The notes below the pieces were generated by a model. That model had not been told where the DNA came from. It did not search any database and was given only the letters and a program-made list of their open reading frames with translations. This document shows positions 10,607 through 20,146 of a stretch of 64,000 nt of DNA, piece by piece. The DNA comes from Actinomycetes bacterium (lineage in GTDB: Bacteria > Actinomycetota > Actinomycetes > JBBQFP01). Within the stretch, counting starts at the first letter, position 1, and each line of letters begins with the position of its first letter. Made by a program: the position numbers and the translations under genes. Where the stretch lies: the NCBI GenBank assembly GCA_038322045.1, contig JBBQFP010000002.1, positions 34,326 to 98,325 on the forward strand, in the 5' to 3' direction.

Positions 10607-10766
10607 GATGTGCCGGCTTCAAGGTCTATCGGCGGTTCTCGGCCATGGTTGAGGTCTGCACGAGCACTCGTACGCTCGTCGGTGCCGAGGCGGCTGACTG
10701 CTCAGCTGCTCGCGCGGCTGCTCGACGGGTCACGCGGGCCGCTAAGTCGGTGCGGGTGCGGCCGCG

Positions 10767-11762
10767 TCAGACGCCGTCCGGGCCCAGGGCCTCGAGGACC
10801 GGAGCGACGAGCAGGTGCATGGTCTCCTCGTCCAGGGCGTCCCAGACGGCGAGCGCCTGCAGGGCCCCGCTGACGACGTTCCAGCTGCCGGTCGCGGCGT
10901 CGGAGCTCGTGAGGTCGCTGCTGCGTAACGCCTGGACGAGGGCGAGCTGGCCGGCGGCGGCCTCGCGGACCCGTCCGCAGAGGAACACCGCCCACGACGC
11001 CGAGTGCACGGCCTGGCTCCAGCCGCCGCCCGCACGCGACCGGGCGGAGGCGTCCCGGAGCCGCTGGAGGTCACGGGCGTCGAGGCGGGCGCAGCGCTCG
11101 ACGAGCCGGCCCATCCGCTCCTCCTGCGGACCGAGCCCGGCGACGCGCTCGGGGAGGCGGCGCAGCGCGTGCAGCCACGGCCCGACGAGTCGGCGCCGGG
11201 TGTCCTCGGGCAGGAGGTCCTCGAGGTAGCAGGCGGTCGCGGCGTCGCAGACGACGGCGACCGCGGCGGCAGCGACGTCGTCCTGGACGGCGACCGTCGA
11301 GTCCTCGCTGCGCCGCCAGGTCCACGAGAACACGTCGTCGCGGATGAGGGTGAGCAGCGCGCCGAGGGTGCCGATGGGCGCCGCCTCGAGCAGGGCGAGC
11401 GAGCCGAAGGCCTCGACGTCGGTCTCGGTGGAGGTCACGAGCAGGGCGACGTCGCAGACGCCGGAGCGGACCCGCTCGGCGCTGGCGACGTCGAGCCAAG
11501 CGCCGTCGTGCGGCGCCCCTGGGGTGGCCGCCGCGGCGAGGACCGGGAGGTCCTCCGGGCGCAGGGCGAGCGCGGTGAGCACCACCTCGGCCACCCGCGA
11601 GCCCCCAGCGAGTCGGACGAGGTCGAACCCCAGGACCGGTGTGCTCACGAGGCTGTACACGTCTGCGAGTGTGGCACCAGGTGACGCAGCGTGACGTGCA
11701 GATCCCCCTGATGGCCCAGTTGCCTCCAGGGGGATCTCACTGCCCGTGCCCGCCACGCGCAC
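10767..11762 (-). CDS. hypothetical protein embedded in the che operon
   Basis: 331 aa ORF on the operon strand between cheW and cheB, with no recognisable motif. Start uncertain. Confidence 0.4.
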   Translation of the reverse strand: MRVAGTGSEIPLEATGPSGGSARHAASPGATLADVYSLVSTPVLGFDLVRLAGGSRVAEVVLTALALRPEDLPVLAAAATPGAPHDGAWLDVASAERVRSGVCDVALLVTSTETDVEAFGSLALLEAAPIGTLGALLTLIRDDVFSWTWRRSEDSTVAVQDDVAAAAVAVVCDAATACYLEDLLPEDTRRRLVGPWLHALRRLPERVAGLGPQEERMGRLVERCARLDARDLQRLRDASARSRAGGGWSQAVHSASWAVFLCGRVREAAAGQLALVQALRSSDLTSSDAATGSWNVVSGALQALAVWDALDEETMHLLVAPVLEALGPDGV

Positions 11763-11795
11763 CCGGACGGGGCGCGCGTGGCGGTCGACGTCAGG

Positions 11796-12218
11796 TCAGG
11801 CCAGGTCCGCCGCACGCTCGGCGTCGAGCGCGAGGACGAGGCCCTGCGGCAGCTTGAACGCGCCGACGATGAGCTCGCGGGCGACACCGGTGAGGGTGTC
11901 CGGCGGCGCCTCGAACGCATCCTGGTCGAGCTCGACGACGTCGCCGATCTTGTCGACGAGCAGGCTGACCCACTCGTCGGCGACGCGGACGACGACGTTC
12001 ATCCGCTCCTTGTCGGTACGCGTCGGCAGGCCCATCCGCTGGCGGAGGTCGACGGCGTCGATGACCTGCCCGCGGAGGTTGATGAGACCGCCGAGCGAGG
12101 ACGGGGCCAACGGGACGGGGGTGTAGTCGGTGAACCGGAAGACCTCCTGGACCCGCGACACCTCCACGCCGTAGAGCTGGTCGGCGACGGTGAACGTCGC
12201 GTACTGGACGCCGGCCAT
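11796..12218 (-). CDS. cheW: chemotaxis coupling protein
   Basis: 140 aa CheW-like (GLINLRGQVI, VVELDQDAFE). Confidence 0.85.
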   Translation of the reverse strand: MAGVQYATFTVADQLYGVEVSRVQEVFRFTDYTPVPLAPSSLGGLINLRGQVIDAVDLRQRMGLPTRTDKERMNVVVRVADEWVSLLVDKIGDVVELDQDAFEAPPDTLTGVARELIVGAFKLPQGLVLALDAERAADLA

Positions 12219-12219
12219 G

Positions 12220-14667
12220 TCAGACCTCCACAGTCTCGGCCAGGTGGCCGCCGAGCTCGATGCCGCTGCTCAGGCGCGCGAGCTCGGCGAGCTCGGCCTC
12301 GGTGATGTCGTAGAAGCGCGGGTCCGCGGCGAGGATCGCGCCACGGACGTCGAGCAGCTCGGTGACCCGCGACTGGATGACCGCGGACCCGGTGAGCCCG
12401 GACTCCTCGATGTCGCTGCGGACGTCGACCTCCCCCTCGACGATGTCGAGGATGGCGTCGACGGCCAGCGCGACGCTGCGGCCGCGCTCGGAGTAGACGA
12501 CGACCTGGACCGTCGGGCGGTCCTCGGTGCTGTACGAGCCCAGGAGGGTCGCGAGGCGCAGGACCGGGAGGATGCTGCCGCGGTACTGGACGACCTCACG
12601 GCTGCCCACCCGCTCGATGCTCTCCGCCGCGAACTCCTCGAGGCGGGTGACCATGTCGAGCGGGATCGCCACCCGGCGCTCGCCCACCCCGGCGACGAGG
12701 AGCCGCTCGCCCGTGCGGTGCGCGGCCTGGTCGGTGACCCCGAGGGCCAGCTCCGCCCGCTCGACGGCCTCGGCGGCGAGGTGCGACCGGCGGGCCAGGG
12801 CCTGGACGTCGAGGATGAGCGCGACCCGTCCGTCGCCGAGGATCGTCGCACCGGCGTAGACGCCGACACCTTTGAGGCGCCCGGAGAGCGGCTTGACGAC
12901 GATCTCCTCGGTGTTGAGCACCCGGTCGACGACGAGGCCGAACTTGCGCCCTTCGGCCTGCAGGACGGCGATGTAGATCTCGCCGCCCTCCGTGGGCTCG
13001 GACGGGGGCAGGCCCAGGGTGTCGGAGAGCCGGACGAGCGGGAGCAGCTTGCCGCGGAGCCGGTAGACCGGGGCGTCGGAGACGTACTCGATGGAGCGGC
13101 CGGCCTGGCCGTCGAGGCACACGAGCTCGTGGACGCTGAGCTGTGGGATGGCGTAGCGCTCACCGCCGCACTCCAGGGTCAACGCCTGGATGATCGCCAG
13201 GGTGAGCGGGATGGTCAGCCGCCAGGTGGTCCCACGACCGAGCTCGGACTCGACGTCGACGGTGCCGCCGATCCGTTCGATGTTGGTCTTCACCACGTCC
13301 ATGCCTACGCCCCGGCCGGAGACGTTGGTGACCGCTGCGGCCGTCGAGAAGCCCGGCTTGAACAGCAGGAGCAGCAGGTCGTGGTCAGTCATCTTCGCGG
13401 CCTGCTCGCCGGTGATCAGGCCCTGCCGGAACGCCTTGTCGGCGACCGCGACAGTGTCGACGCCCGCACCGTCGTCGGTGACCTCGACCACGACGTGGCC
13501 GCCCTCGTGGAACGCCCGCAGCAGCAGCACGCCCTCCTCGGGCTTGCCGACGTCGGCCCGGTCGGTCGGGGTCTCGACCCCGTGGTCGACGGCGTTGCGG
13601 ACGAGGTGGGTCAGCGGGTCCTTGACGGCCTCGAGCAGGGTGCGGTCGAGCTCGGTGTCCTGCCCCTCCATCTCGAGGCGGACCTTCTTGCCGCAGGTGA
13701 GGCTCAAGTCGCGGACCACGCGGGGCAGCTTGTTCCAGATGTGCTCGATGGGCTGCATGCGCGTCTTCATGACGCCCTCCTGCAGCTCGCTCGTGATGAG
13801 GTTGAGTCGCTGGGCGGCACGCAGAAGCGGTACCTCGCGCTGCTCGCCGGCGACCCGGACGAGCTGGTTGCGCGTGAGGACGAGCTCGCCGACGAGGCGC
13901 ATGAGGGTGTCGAGCAGGACGACGTCGACCCGGATGCTTGTGTCGCTGACGCTGCGGCGACCGGGGCTCACGGACTCCTCCTCGGCGACGGGCTCGGCGA
14001 CGGCGACGGCGACGGCGACGGACACGGCGGCCGCAGGTGCGGGCACGGCCGGCGCGGCGACGGGCGCGGGGGCCTCGACCGGCAGAGCGGCCTCGACGAC
14101 CGTCGCGGCGGGCTTGGCGGCAGGCTTGGTGCTGCGACGCGGGGCGCGCGGCTTCTTCACCGGCGGGGCCGCGGCGGGAGCGTCCTGGGCCTTCGGAGCC
14201 GGAACCGGCTCGGCCACGGGGGCCTCGACGACGGCCATCCCGACCTCGACAACCGGCTCGGACGTCGCGGTCGGGGCAAGACGGCCCTCGGCGCACGCGG
14301 TCACCGTCTCGACGACGGCGGCGACGTCGAGCTCGCCCTCAGCGCCGGTGGCCTCGATCTGGCCGAGGAGGACCCGGACGGCGTCGACCATGCCGAGGAG
14401 CACGGTCGTCGTCTCGGGGGTCATCTCCTGGACGCCGTCGCGCAGGCGGCTCAGGAGGTTCTCACCCACGTGGGTGACGGCCTCCAGCTTGCCGAACGCG
14501 AGGAACCCGCTCGTGCCCTTGATGGTGTGGATCGTCCGGAACACACTGGAGAGCAGCTCGCGTGACCCCGGCTCGCGCTCGAGGGCGACGAGGTCGCGGT
14601 CCAGCTGGTCCAGGTTCTCCTGACTCTCGACGAGGAACTCCTGGACGATCTCGTCCATGTCGTTCAT
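12220..14667 (-). CDS. cheA: chemotaxis histidine kinase
   Basis: HPt domain (HTIKGTSGF), HATPase domain and C-terminal CheW-like domain. A long Ala/Pro/Val linker. Start placed at MNDMDEIV (ATG 14667, GAAGGG upstream); the alternative is 14688. Confidence 0.9.
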   Translation of the reverse strand: MNDMDEIVQEFLVESQENLDQLDRDLVALEREPGSRELLSSVFRTIHTIKGTSGFLAFGKLEAVTHVGENLLSRLRDGVQEMTPETTTVLLGMVDAVRVLLGQIEATGAEGELDVAAVVETVTACAEGRLAPTATSEPVVEVGMAVVEAPVAEPVPAPKAQDAPAAAPPVKKPRAPRRSTKPAAKPAATVVEAALPVEAPAPVAAPAVPAPAAAVSVAVAVAVAEPVAEEESVSPGRRSVSDTSIRVDVVLLDTLMRLVGELVLTRNQLVRVAGEQREVPLLRAAQRLNLITSELQEGVMKTRMQPIEHIWNKLPRVVRDLSLTCGKKVRLEMEGQDTELDRTLLEAVKDPLTHLVRNAVDHGVETPTDRADVGKPEEGVLLLRAFHEGGHVVVEVTDDGAGVDTVAVADKAFRQGLITGEQAAKMTDHDLLLLLFKPGFSTAAAVTNVSGRGVGMDVVKTNIERIGGTVDVESELGRGTTWRLTIPLTLAIIQALTLECGGERYAIPQLSVHELVCLDGQAGRSIEYVSDAPVYRLRGKLLPLVRLSDTLGLPPSEPTEGGEIYIAVLQAEGRKFGLVVDRVLNTEEIVVKPLSGRLKGVGVYAGATILGDGRVALILDVQALARRSHLAAEAVERAELALGVTDQAAHRTGERLLVAGVGERRVAIPLDMVTRLEEFAAESIERVGSREVVQYRGSILPVLRLATLLGSYSTEDRPTVQVVVYSERGRSVALAVDAILDIVEGEVDVRSDIEESGLTGSAVIQSRVTELLDVRGAILAADPRFYDITEAELAELARLSSGIELGGHLAETVEV
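13995..14022 (-). repeat. (GGCGAC)n coding microsatellite inside the cheA linker, encoding an (AV)n tract
   Basis: ggcgacggcgacggcgacggcgacgg seen directly. Encodes VAVAVAVAVA in the minus-strand frame. Confidence 0.7.
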
Positions 14668-14700
14668 GCGTGCGCCCTTCGTTGCCATCGGTAAGACGTC

Positions 14701-14716
14701 CCGATCCTCAGATCGG
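14701..14716 (-). promoter_or_regulatory. perfect hairpin/palindrome CCGATC-ctca-GATCGG between the panD remnant and the cheA start
   Basis: Seen directly. Position fits a che operator or a weak terminator. Confidence 0.25.
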
Positions 14717-14738
14717 CATCTGGGCGCGAAGGTTGAGG

Positions 14739-14993
14739 TCAGAGGACGTGGCGGTTCTGCTCGTCGACGTGAACGACACGAGGAACGAAGCTCCGGGCCT
14801 CGGCGTCGTCGAGCGCGACGTAGCTGGCGATGATGACGAGGTCGCCCGGGTGGACGAGGTGCGCCGCAGCGCCGTTGATGGCGATGACGCCGGACCCCGC
14901 GGGACCGGCGATGACGTAGGTCTCGAGCCGCGCGCCGTTGGTGACGTCGAGGACGTGGACGAGCTCGTGCTCGAGGAGGTCGGCGGTGCGCAT
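14739..14993 (-). pseudogene. panD: aspartate 1-decarboxylase (PanD) C-terminal remnant with a disrupted N-terminus
   Basis: These 84 aa align well with PanD residues about 40-125 ([36 protein letters not shown]). The upstream in-frame sequence lacks any start codon and lacks the Gly-Ser self-cleavage site. A degenerate N-terminal-like stretch (TILRG) appears in a different frame. Confidence 0.5.
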
Positions 14994-15121
14994 GAGCGCC
15001 GCGTCGGCGACGGGGCGGGCACGGACCGGCGAAGGTCCCTGCCCGCCCCGTCGTGAGACCCCCGGGGAGGGGTGGTCGGTGGTCGGCGACCCCGCAGGAT
15101 CGTGCCGGGTGGCGCAGCTCG

Positions 15122-16477
15122 TCAGGTGGCGCTGCTGCTGCCGAGGGTGACCGTGACGGTGCTCGGCGTCCCGTTGCGGGTGTAGGTGAGCGGGACCGAG
15201 GCGCCGACCTTCTGCGACCGGACGGTCGTCGACAGGTCGCCGCCGTCCTGGATCTTTCGCCCGGCGAAGGACGTGATGACGTCGCCCTCCTTGAGCCCCG
15301 CCTTCTCCGCGGCGCTGCCGGAGCTCACCGAGGCGACGAGCGCGCCGCCGTCAGGGCTGTCGCCCACGGAGACGCCGAGCTGGGCGCGCTGGACGGTCCG
15401 GCCGGCGAGCAGGTCGTCGACGACGGTCCGCGCGTCGTCGATGGGGATGGCGAAGCCGAGGCCGATGCTGCCGGACTGTCCGCTGCTCGAGCCGAGCGTG
15501 GCGATGGCGGAGTTGATGCCGACGACGCGGCCCTGGGCGTCGACGAGAGCACCGCCAGAGTTACCGGGGTTGACCGCGGCGTCGGTCTGGATCGCGCTTC
15601 CCACGCTTGCCTGGGTCTGCATCCCGGAGCCGCCGAAGGGATCGCTCTGCTGCTGGGAGGAGCCCAGCCGGACCTGACGGTGCAGCGCGGAGACGATGCC
15701 CGAGGTCACCGACCCGTCCAGGCCGAGGGGGCTGCCGATCGCCAGGACGGTGTCTCCTACGTGCAGGCTCGTCGAGCTGCCGAGCGTCGCGGGCTTGAGC
15801 CCGCTGAGCCCCGAGGCCCGGATGACGGCGAGGTCGCTCGAGGGGTCCCGCCCGATGATCGTCGCCTTCGCGGTGCGCCCGTCGCTGAGCTTCACGGTGA
15901 TGTCGCCTCCGCCGTCCGCAGCGTCGGCGACGACGTGGTTGTTCGTGACGATGGTGCCGTCGGTGCGCAGGATGATCCCCGAGCCCTCACCGGCACCGGA
16001 CTGGGTCCTCACGTTGATGGAGACGACGCTGGGCTGCACAGCGGCGGCCACCTTGGCCAGCGGCTCGGTCGGACCGGTGACGTCGGAGGCCGGGGTGACC
16101 GGTGCGGAGGCGGCGTTCACCGACGTCGAGGACGACGGGGCCGGGTCGATCCCCCGCGAGATGGCCGCGCCCGCGGTGCCGCTACCGAGGGCGATGGCCC
16201 CGACGGCGACGCCTGCGGCGACCCGGCGCCGCCACCGCGGGGTGGTCGTCGGGGTCGCGACGGGCTGCGATCCGAGCCACGGCATGGCCGTCGTCGCCTC
16301 GCCCGCAGGCGGCACGGTGGTCGCGTGATCGCCCGCGAGCTCCGGGCCGGTCATCGGCTGCTCCTGCGGCGCCGCGGACTGCGCCCACCACGGTGCGGTC
16401 GTCGGCCGCGGGGTCGTCGCGTCCGGGTCACCTGCGCTGGGCTGCTGGGGCTGGGTGCGGAACTCGTCGTCGCTCAT
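15122..16477 (-). CDS. HtrA/DegP-like trypsin serine protease with PDZ domain
   Basis: GNSGGAL catalytic Ser motif, His/Asp regions and a C-terminal PDZ-like segment. Start trimmed to MSDDEFRT (ATG 16477). The long Arg-rich N-terminus of the track ORF was rejected. Confidence 0.8.
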   Translation of the reverse strand: MSDDEFRTQPQQPSAGDPDATTPRPTTAPWWAQSAAPQEQPMTGPELAGDHATTVPPAGEATTAMPWLGSQPVATPTTTPRWRRRVAAGVAVGAIALGSGTAGAAISRGIDPAPSSSTSVNAASAPVTPASDVTGPTEPLAKVAAAVQPSVVSINVRTQSGAGEGSGIILRTDGTIVTNNHVVADAADGGGDITVKLSDGRTAKATIIGRDPSSDLAVIRASGLSGLKPATLGSSTSLHVGDTVLAIGSPLGLDGSVTSGIVSALHRQVRLGSSQQQSDPFGGSGMQTQASVGSAIQTDAAVNPGNSGGALVDAQGRVVGINSAIATLGSSSGQSGSIGLGFAIPIDDARTVVDDLLAGRTVQRAQLGVSVGDSPDGGALVASVSSGSAAEKAGLKEGDVITSFAGRKIQDGGDLSTTVRSQKVGASVPLTYTRNGTPSTVTVTLGSSSAT

Positions 16478-16542
16478 GCCACGACTGTGCCGGTCGGCGC
16501 TCCAGCGAGGCTGGACGCAACCTGTGAGTCGGCTGAGAGCCT

Positions 16543-16983
16543 TCAGCCGAGGCGTCGCCCGCTCACCGAACGGGCGCGGACCGTGGCGACGACGGGCTTC
16601 TCGCCGGCCGCCCACGGGTGGACGACGTCGCCGAGGGCCCGCTCGGCCTCGGTGCCAGCCTCGCGCAGCTCGCCACGGACGACGACGCTCCACCCGTGGC
16701 GCGCCGCGACGTCGATGCTGTCGGCCTCGAAGGCGGCCTCGCGGCCCCAGGTGGCCCCGCGACCGAGCACGCCGGCGCTGCCCGTCCGGAAGACGACGGC
16801 GCCGTCGGCCACGACGTAGTTCACGGGGAGGATCTCGGCGTGCTGCCCCTCGACGACGACGACGCGACCGACCGCCGTCGAGCCGAGCAGCTCCCAGCAC
16901 TCCGCCTCGGTCAGCGCGGCGAGCTCGCCTCGGGGGGCGTCCGGCTCGTCGGTGTGCAACGAGAGGTCCTCGGATGGCTGCAC
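16543..16983 (-). CDS. pyridoxamine 5-phosphate oxidase family protein (PPOX/F420-type split barrel)
   Basis: 146 aa with a composition typical of the PPOX class (PVNYVVADGAVVFRT). GTG start with a GGAGGAG RBS. Confidence 0.65.
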   Translation of the reverse strand: MQPSEDLSLHTDEPDAPRGELAALTEAECWELLGSTAVGRVVVVEGQHAEILPVNYVVADGAVVFRTGSAGVLGRGATWGREAAFEADSIDVAARHGWSVVVRGELREAGTEAERALGDVVHPWAAGEKPVVATVRARSVSGRRLG

Positions 16984-17190
16984 GGCTGCTCCTCCGCTGG
17001 GTGGTCCGCCCCAGGCTAGGCGAGCGCGAGGTCGTACGTACCCGTTCGGAGGGTTCAGCACCCTCGACGTCCGGGGCCGACCTGGTCGGGAGATGGCATG
17101 GTGCCGCGGACGAGCGGGGATCCCGCGCATCGCTGGACCGGGAGGTGCCCCGCGGCCGTGCCGGGGCGCTGGCGCGTCCTGGCGCGCAGC

Positions 17191-18144
17191 TCAGCGCAGA
17201 ACCGTGCCGCCTGCGGCGTCGAGCAGCTCCAGCTCGGCGCGGGTCGGCAGGCCTTCCCAGTCGCCGGGGACAGTGACCGCGAAGGCGCCGACCCGGCATC
17301 CGGTCCTCAAGCAGGCTTCCGGCGAGGCGCCGTCCAGCACGTCCGCGAGGTAGCCGGCGACGAAGGCGTCCCCCGCGCCGACCGGGTCGACCGCGTGCAC
17401 CGGCACTGCCGGCGCGGAGTACGACTCGCCATCGACGCGCGAGACGGCTCCGCGCGCGCCGAGCTTGACGACGGCGTGCCGCGGTCCGAGGGCCGCCAGC
17501 GCCACCGCGGCTTCTCCGGGTTCAGCGGTCCCCACGACGAGCGCCGCCTCGTCGTCCCCGGCGAAGACCAGATCGGCCCGCCTCGTGAGCTCCCGGAGGA
17601 CAGGGGCGGCCTCCTGAGACGACCACAGGGCCGAGCGGTAGTTGTAGTCGAGCGACACCAGCACGCCCGCCTCACGTGCGACGGCAACCGCCCGGTCGAC
17701 CGCGTCGCGAGCGGTGACGCTGAGCGCCGGGGTGATCCCCGTGACGTGCAGCAGCCGGGCGCTGCGGATGCTGGCGTCACCGAGGTCCCCGGCACGCAGG
17801 CGTGAGCCGGCACTACCCGCGCGGTAGTAGAGGACACGCGTCAGCTCCGGCGTCCGGCGCTCCTTGACCATCAAGCCGGTGGGCGCCTCCGGGTCAATCA
17901 CCGCGCCGCTGACGTCGACGCCCTCGCCGCGGACCCGCGCCAGCACGAGATCCCCGAGCGCGTCGGCGCCGACCCGGCCCACCCACGCGGTCGGCACGCC
18001 GAGCCGGCGCAGGCCGATGGCGACGTTGGACTCTGCGCCGGCGACGGTGACGAGCATGGACGTCGCGCTACGCAGGACGCCCACGGAAGGAGCGCCGAAC
18101 ACGACCATGGACTCGCCAAGCGTCACGACCTGCGTCCCGCTCAT
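17191..18144 (-). CDS. kdgK: PfkB-family sugar kinase (2-dehydro-3-deoxygluconokinase-like)
   Basis: Ribokinase-fold motifs (VTLGESMVVF, DPVGAGDAF). Start at MSGTQ (18144), overlapping the upstream gene's stop (ATGA). Confidence 0.8.
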   Translation of the reverse strand: MSGTQVVTLGESMVVFGAPSVGVLRSATSMLVTVAGAESNVAIGLRRLGVPTAWVGRVGADALGDLVLARVRGEGVDVSGAVIDPEAPTGLMVKERRTPELTRVLYYRAGSAGSRLRAGDLGDASIRSARLLHVTGITPALSVTARDAVDRAVAVAREAGVLVSLDYNYRSALWSSQEAAPVLRELTRRADLVFAGDDEAALVVGTAEPGEAAVALAALGPRHAVVKLGARGAVSRVDGESYSAPAVPVHAVDPVGAGDAFVAGYLADVLDGASPEACLRTGCRVGAFAVTVPGDWEGLPTRAELELLDAAGGTVLR

Positions 18145-18998
18145 GGCAGCACGACGATCCCGGCCGGCCCTACGACGTGCACCGTGAGCGGCAGCCCGTG
18201 GCGCGCGACGTGCGCGACGACCGCCGCGAGGTCGCCGGTGTTGCCCACCACGCCGTCGTCGTGGCACGGCACCAGGTTCGCGATCCCGGCGGCTGCGGCG
18301 AGCGCCGCGGCCTCGCTGGGGTGCAGGTTGCCGACGAGGCCCGCGGCCTCGCGCATCGCATCGCGGCCGTTGACCGGCAGCAGGGCGACGTCGACATGCT
18401 CTCGGCGCAGCCGCTCGGCGTCGCCGGGCACGCGCACGGTGTCGCCGGAGTGGAACAGCGTGACCCCTCCGAACCGCAGCACATACCCGACGGCGCGGTG
18501 TCGACCGTCCGGGTCGCGCCACCAGTCGTACCCGCCGAAGCCGCTCGGCGCGAACGCGTGCGGCGCCGGCAGCGCGAGCACCTCGACCCCGGCAACGGTC
18601 ACCGGCCGCTCCACCTCGACGCCGACAGCGCGGTCGCCGTCGATGCCGGCTTCCGCGAGCAGGTCGAGCAGCGGGCTCGGGACGACGAACCTCGCGTCCG
18701 GCGAGCGCTTCGCCACGTCGCGCAGCGCGTCGACGTCGAGGTGGTCTGGGTGCTCATGCGTGCAGCACACCAGGTCGACCCGCGGCAGGTCCGCTGCAGT
18801 GCACGGCGGCCGGGTCGCCCGCGTGATCGGCTCCGGGTTGAGCGGGCTCGCCGTCTCGAGCCACCCCGACAGCCACGGATCGAGCAGCACGGTCACCCCG
18901 CCGCCGCGGACGACGAAGCCCGCCTGGACCAGGCGCCACAGGCGGACCCCAGGATCCGGGACGGTGGCGCTCCCGACTCGCTCGGCAAGAGTGGGCAT
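18141..18998 (-). CDS. MBL-fold metallo-hydrolase
   Basis: HEHPDH metallo-beta-lactamase motif. Start at MPTLAERV (18998). Confidence 0.75.
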   Translation of the reverse strand: MPTLAERVGSATVPDPGVRLWRLVQAGFVVRGGGVTVLLDPWLSGWLETASPLNPEPITRATRPPCTAADLPRVDLVCCTHEHPDHLDVDALRDVAKRSPDARFVVPSPLLDLLAEAGIDGDRAVGVEVERPVTVAGVEVLALPAPHAFAPSGFGGYDWWRDPDGRHRAVGYVLRFGGVTLFHSGDTVRVPGDAERLRREHVDVALLPVNGRDAMREAAGLVGNLHPSEAAALAAAAGIANLVPCHDDGVVGNTGDLAAVVAHVARHGLPLTVHVVGPAGIVVLP

Positions 18999-20146
18999 CA
19001 CAGGTCCCTGCGGTGCCAGTCCTCGGCCCAGAGGTTGAAGTGCAGCGGACGGTACGGGTGCTCGGCACAGACGGCGTGGTCGAGCTCTACCCCCAGGCCG
19101 GGAGCGGTAGGCAGCGGGAACGCGCCGTCCGGGCCGATGACGGGGTGGCCGGGGACCGCCCGACGTACGAACTCCTCGGCGAAGTCGTCGAAGGACTCCT
19201 GCAGGCGCACGTTCGGGGCCGATGCATGCAGGTGCAGCGCCACCGCAGAGCACACGGGGCCGTTGGAGTTGTGCAGCGCGACCTGCGCCGAGTACAGCTC
19301 GGCCATCCCCATCATCTTCTTCGTCTCGAGGATGCCGCCGGTGTGCAGTGGGTCCGCCTGGAACACCGCGAGGGCGTTGGTCTCGAGCAGCCGCTGCGCG
19401 TCGTAGCGGGTGTAGACGCGCTCGCCGGACGCGACGGGGATCGGGCTGGCGTCGGCGACGCGGCGCAGGCCGACGAGGTCCTCGGGCTGCACAGGCTCCT
19501 CGAACCATCCGAGGTCGAGGTCAGCGAAGGCCCGCGCGACCTGGACGGCGGTGGCGGCGTTGAACCGGCCGTGTCCCTCGAGCAGGATCTCGACCTCCAA
19601 ACCGACTGCCTGTCGCACGGCCTCGACGAGGTCCCGCGCTGCTTCCAGCTCCTGTCGCGAGAGCCGTAGCCCGCCCGCGCCGAACGGGTCGACCTTGAGT
19701 GCTCGGTACCCGCGGGAGACGACCTCGCCGGCGCGGCGCGCGAAGTCTGCAGCGGTTCGCTCGCCGGTGTACCAGCCGTTGGCGTAGGCAGGCACCCGGT
19801 GCGAACAGGCACCGCCGAGCAGCCGGTAGACGGGCTGGCCGGTCGCCTTGCCCATGAGATCCCAGCAGGCGATCTCGATGCCGGCCAGCGCCGTCATCTG
19901 CACCGGCCCGCCGCGGAAGAACTCGTCGCGGAAGATACGCGCTACCAGGTCCTCGACGTCGAACGGGTCGCGGCCGAGCACGTAGCGCCGCGCGAGGGAG
20001 TCGACGTGCGCGACGACCGCCTCCTCGAAGTTGTGCAGCGTCGCCTCGCCGAGGCCGACCAGCCCATCATCGGTCTCGACCTCCACGAACACGAGGTTGC
20101 GCCAGGCGGTGCCGACGACGACGGTCCGGATCTTCGCGATCTTCAC
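18998..20146 (-). CDS. enolase-superfamily dehydratase (mandelate racemase/muconate lactonizing family)
   Basis: KxK and metal-ligand Asp/Glu pattern (ALKVDPFG, FEEP). GTG start at 20146, overlapping the eda stop. The N-terminal 280 aa of the track ORF is spurious. Confidence 0.8.
   Translation of the reverse strand: MKIAKIRTVVVGTAWRNLVFVEVETDDGLVGLGEATLHNFEEAVVAHVDSLARRYVLGRDPFDVEDLVARIFRDEFFRGGPVQMTALAGIEIACWDLMGKATGQPVYRLLGGACSHRVPAYANGWYTGERTAADFARRAGEVVSRGYRALKVDPFGAGGLRLSRQELEAARDLVEAVRQAVGLEVEILLEGHGRFNAATAVQVARAFADLDLGWFEEPVQPEDLVGLRRVADASPIPVASGERVYTRYDAQRLLETNALAVFQADPLHTGGILETKKMMGMAELYSAQVALHNSNGPVCSAVALHLHASAPNVRLQESFDDFAEEFVRRAVPGHPVIGPDGAFPLPTAPGLGVELDHAVCAEHPYRPLHFNLWAEDWHRRDL

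Noticed and set aside
8454-10622. 722-aa ORF as a single che protein
   Set aside because: Only the C-terminal 281 aa are CheR. Upstream, the true gene is cheB in a different frame (9299-10606).
12190-14565. 791-aa plus-strand ORF opposite cheA
   Set aside because: Shadow frame of cheA with low-complexity D/G/R/A composition and no motifs.
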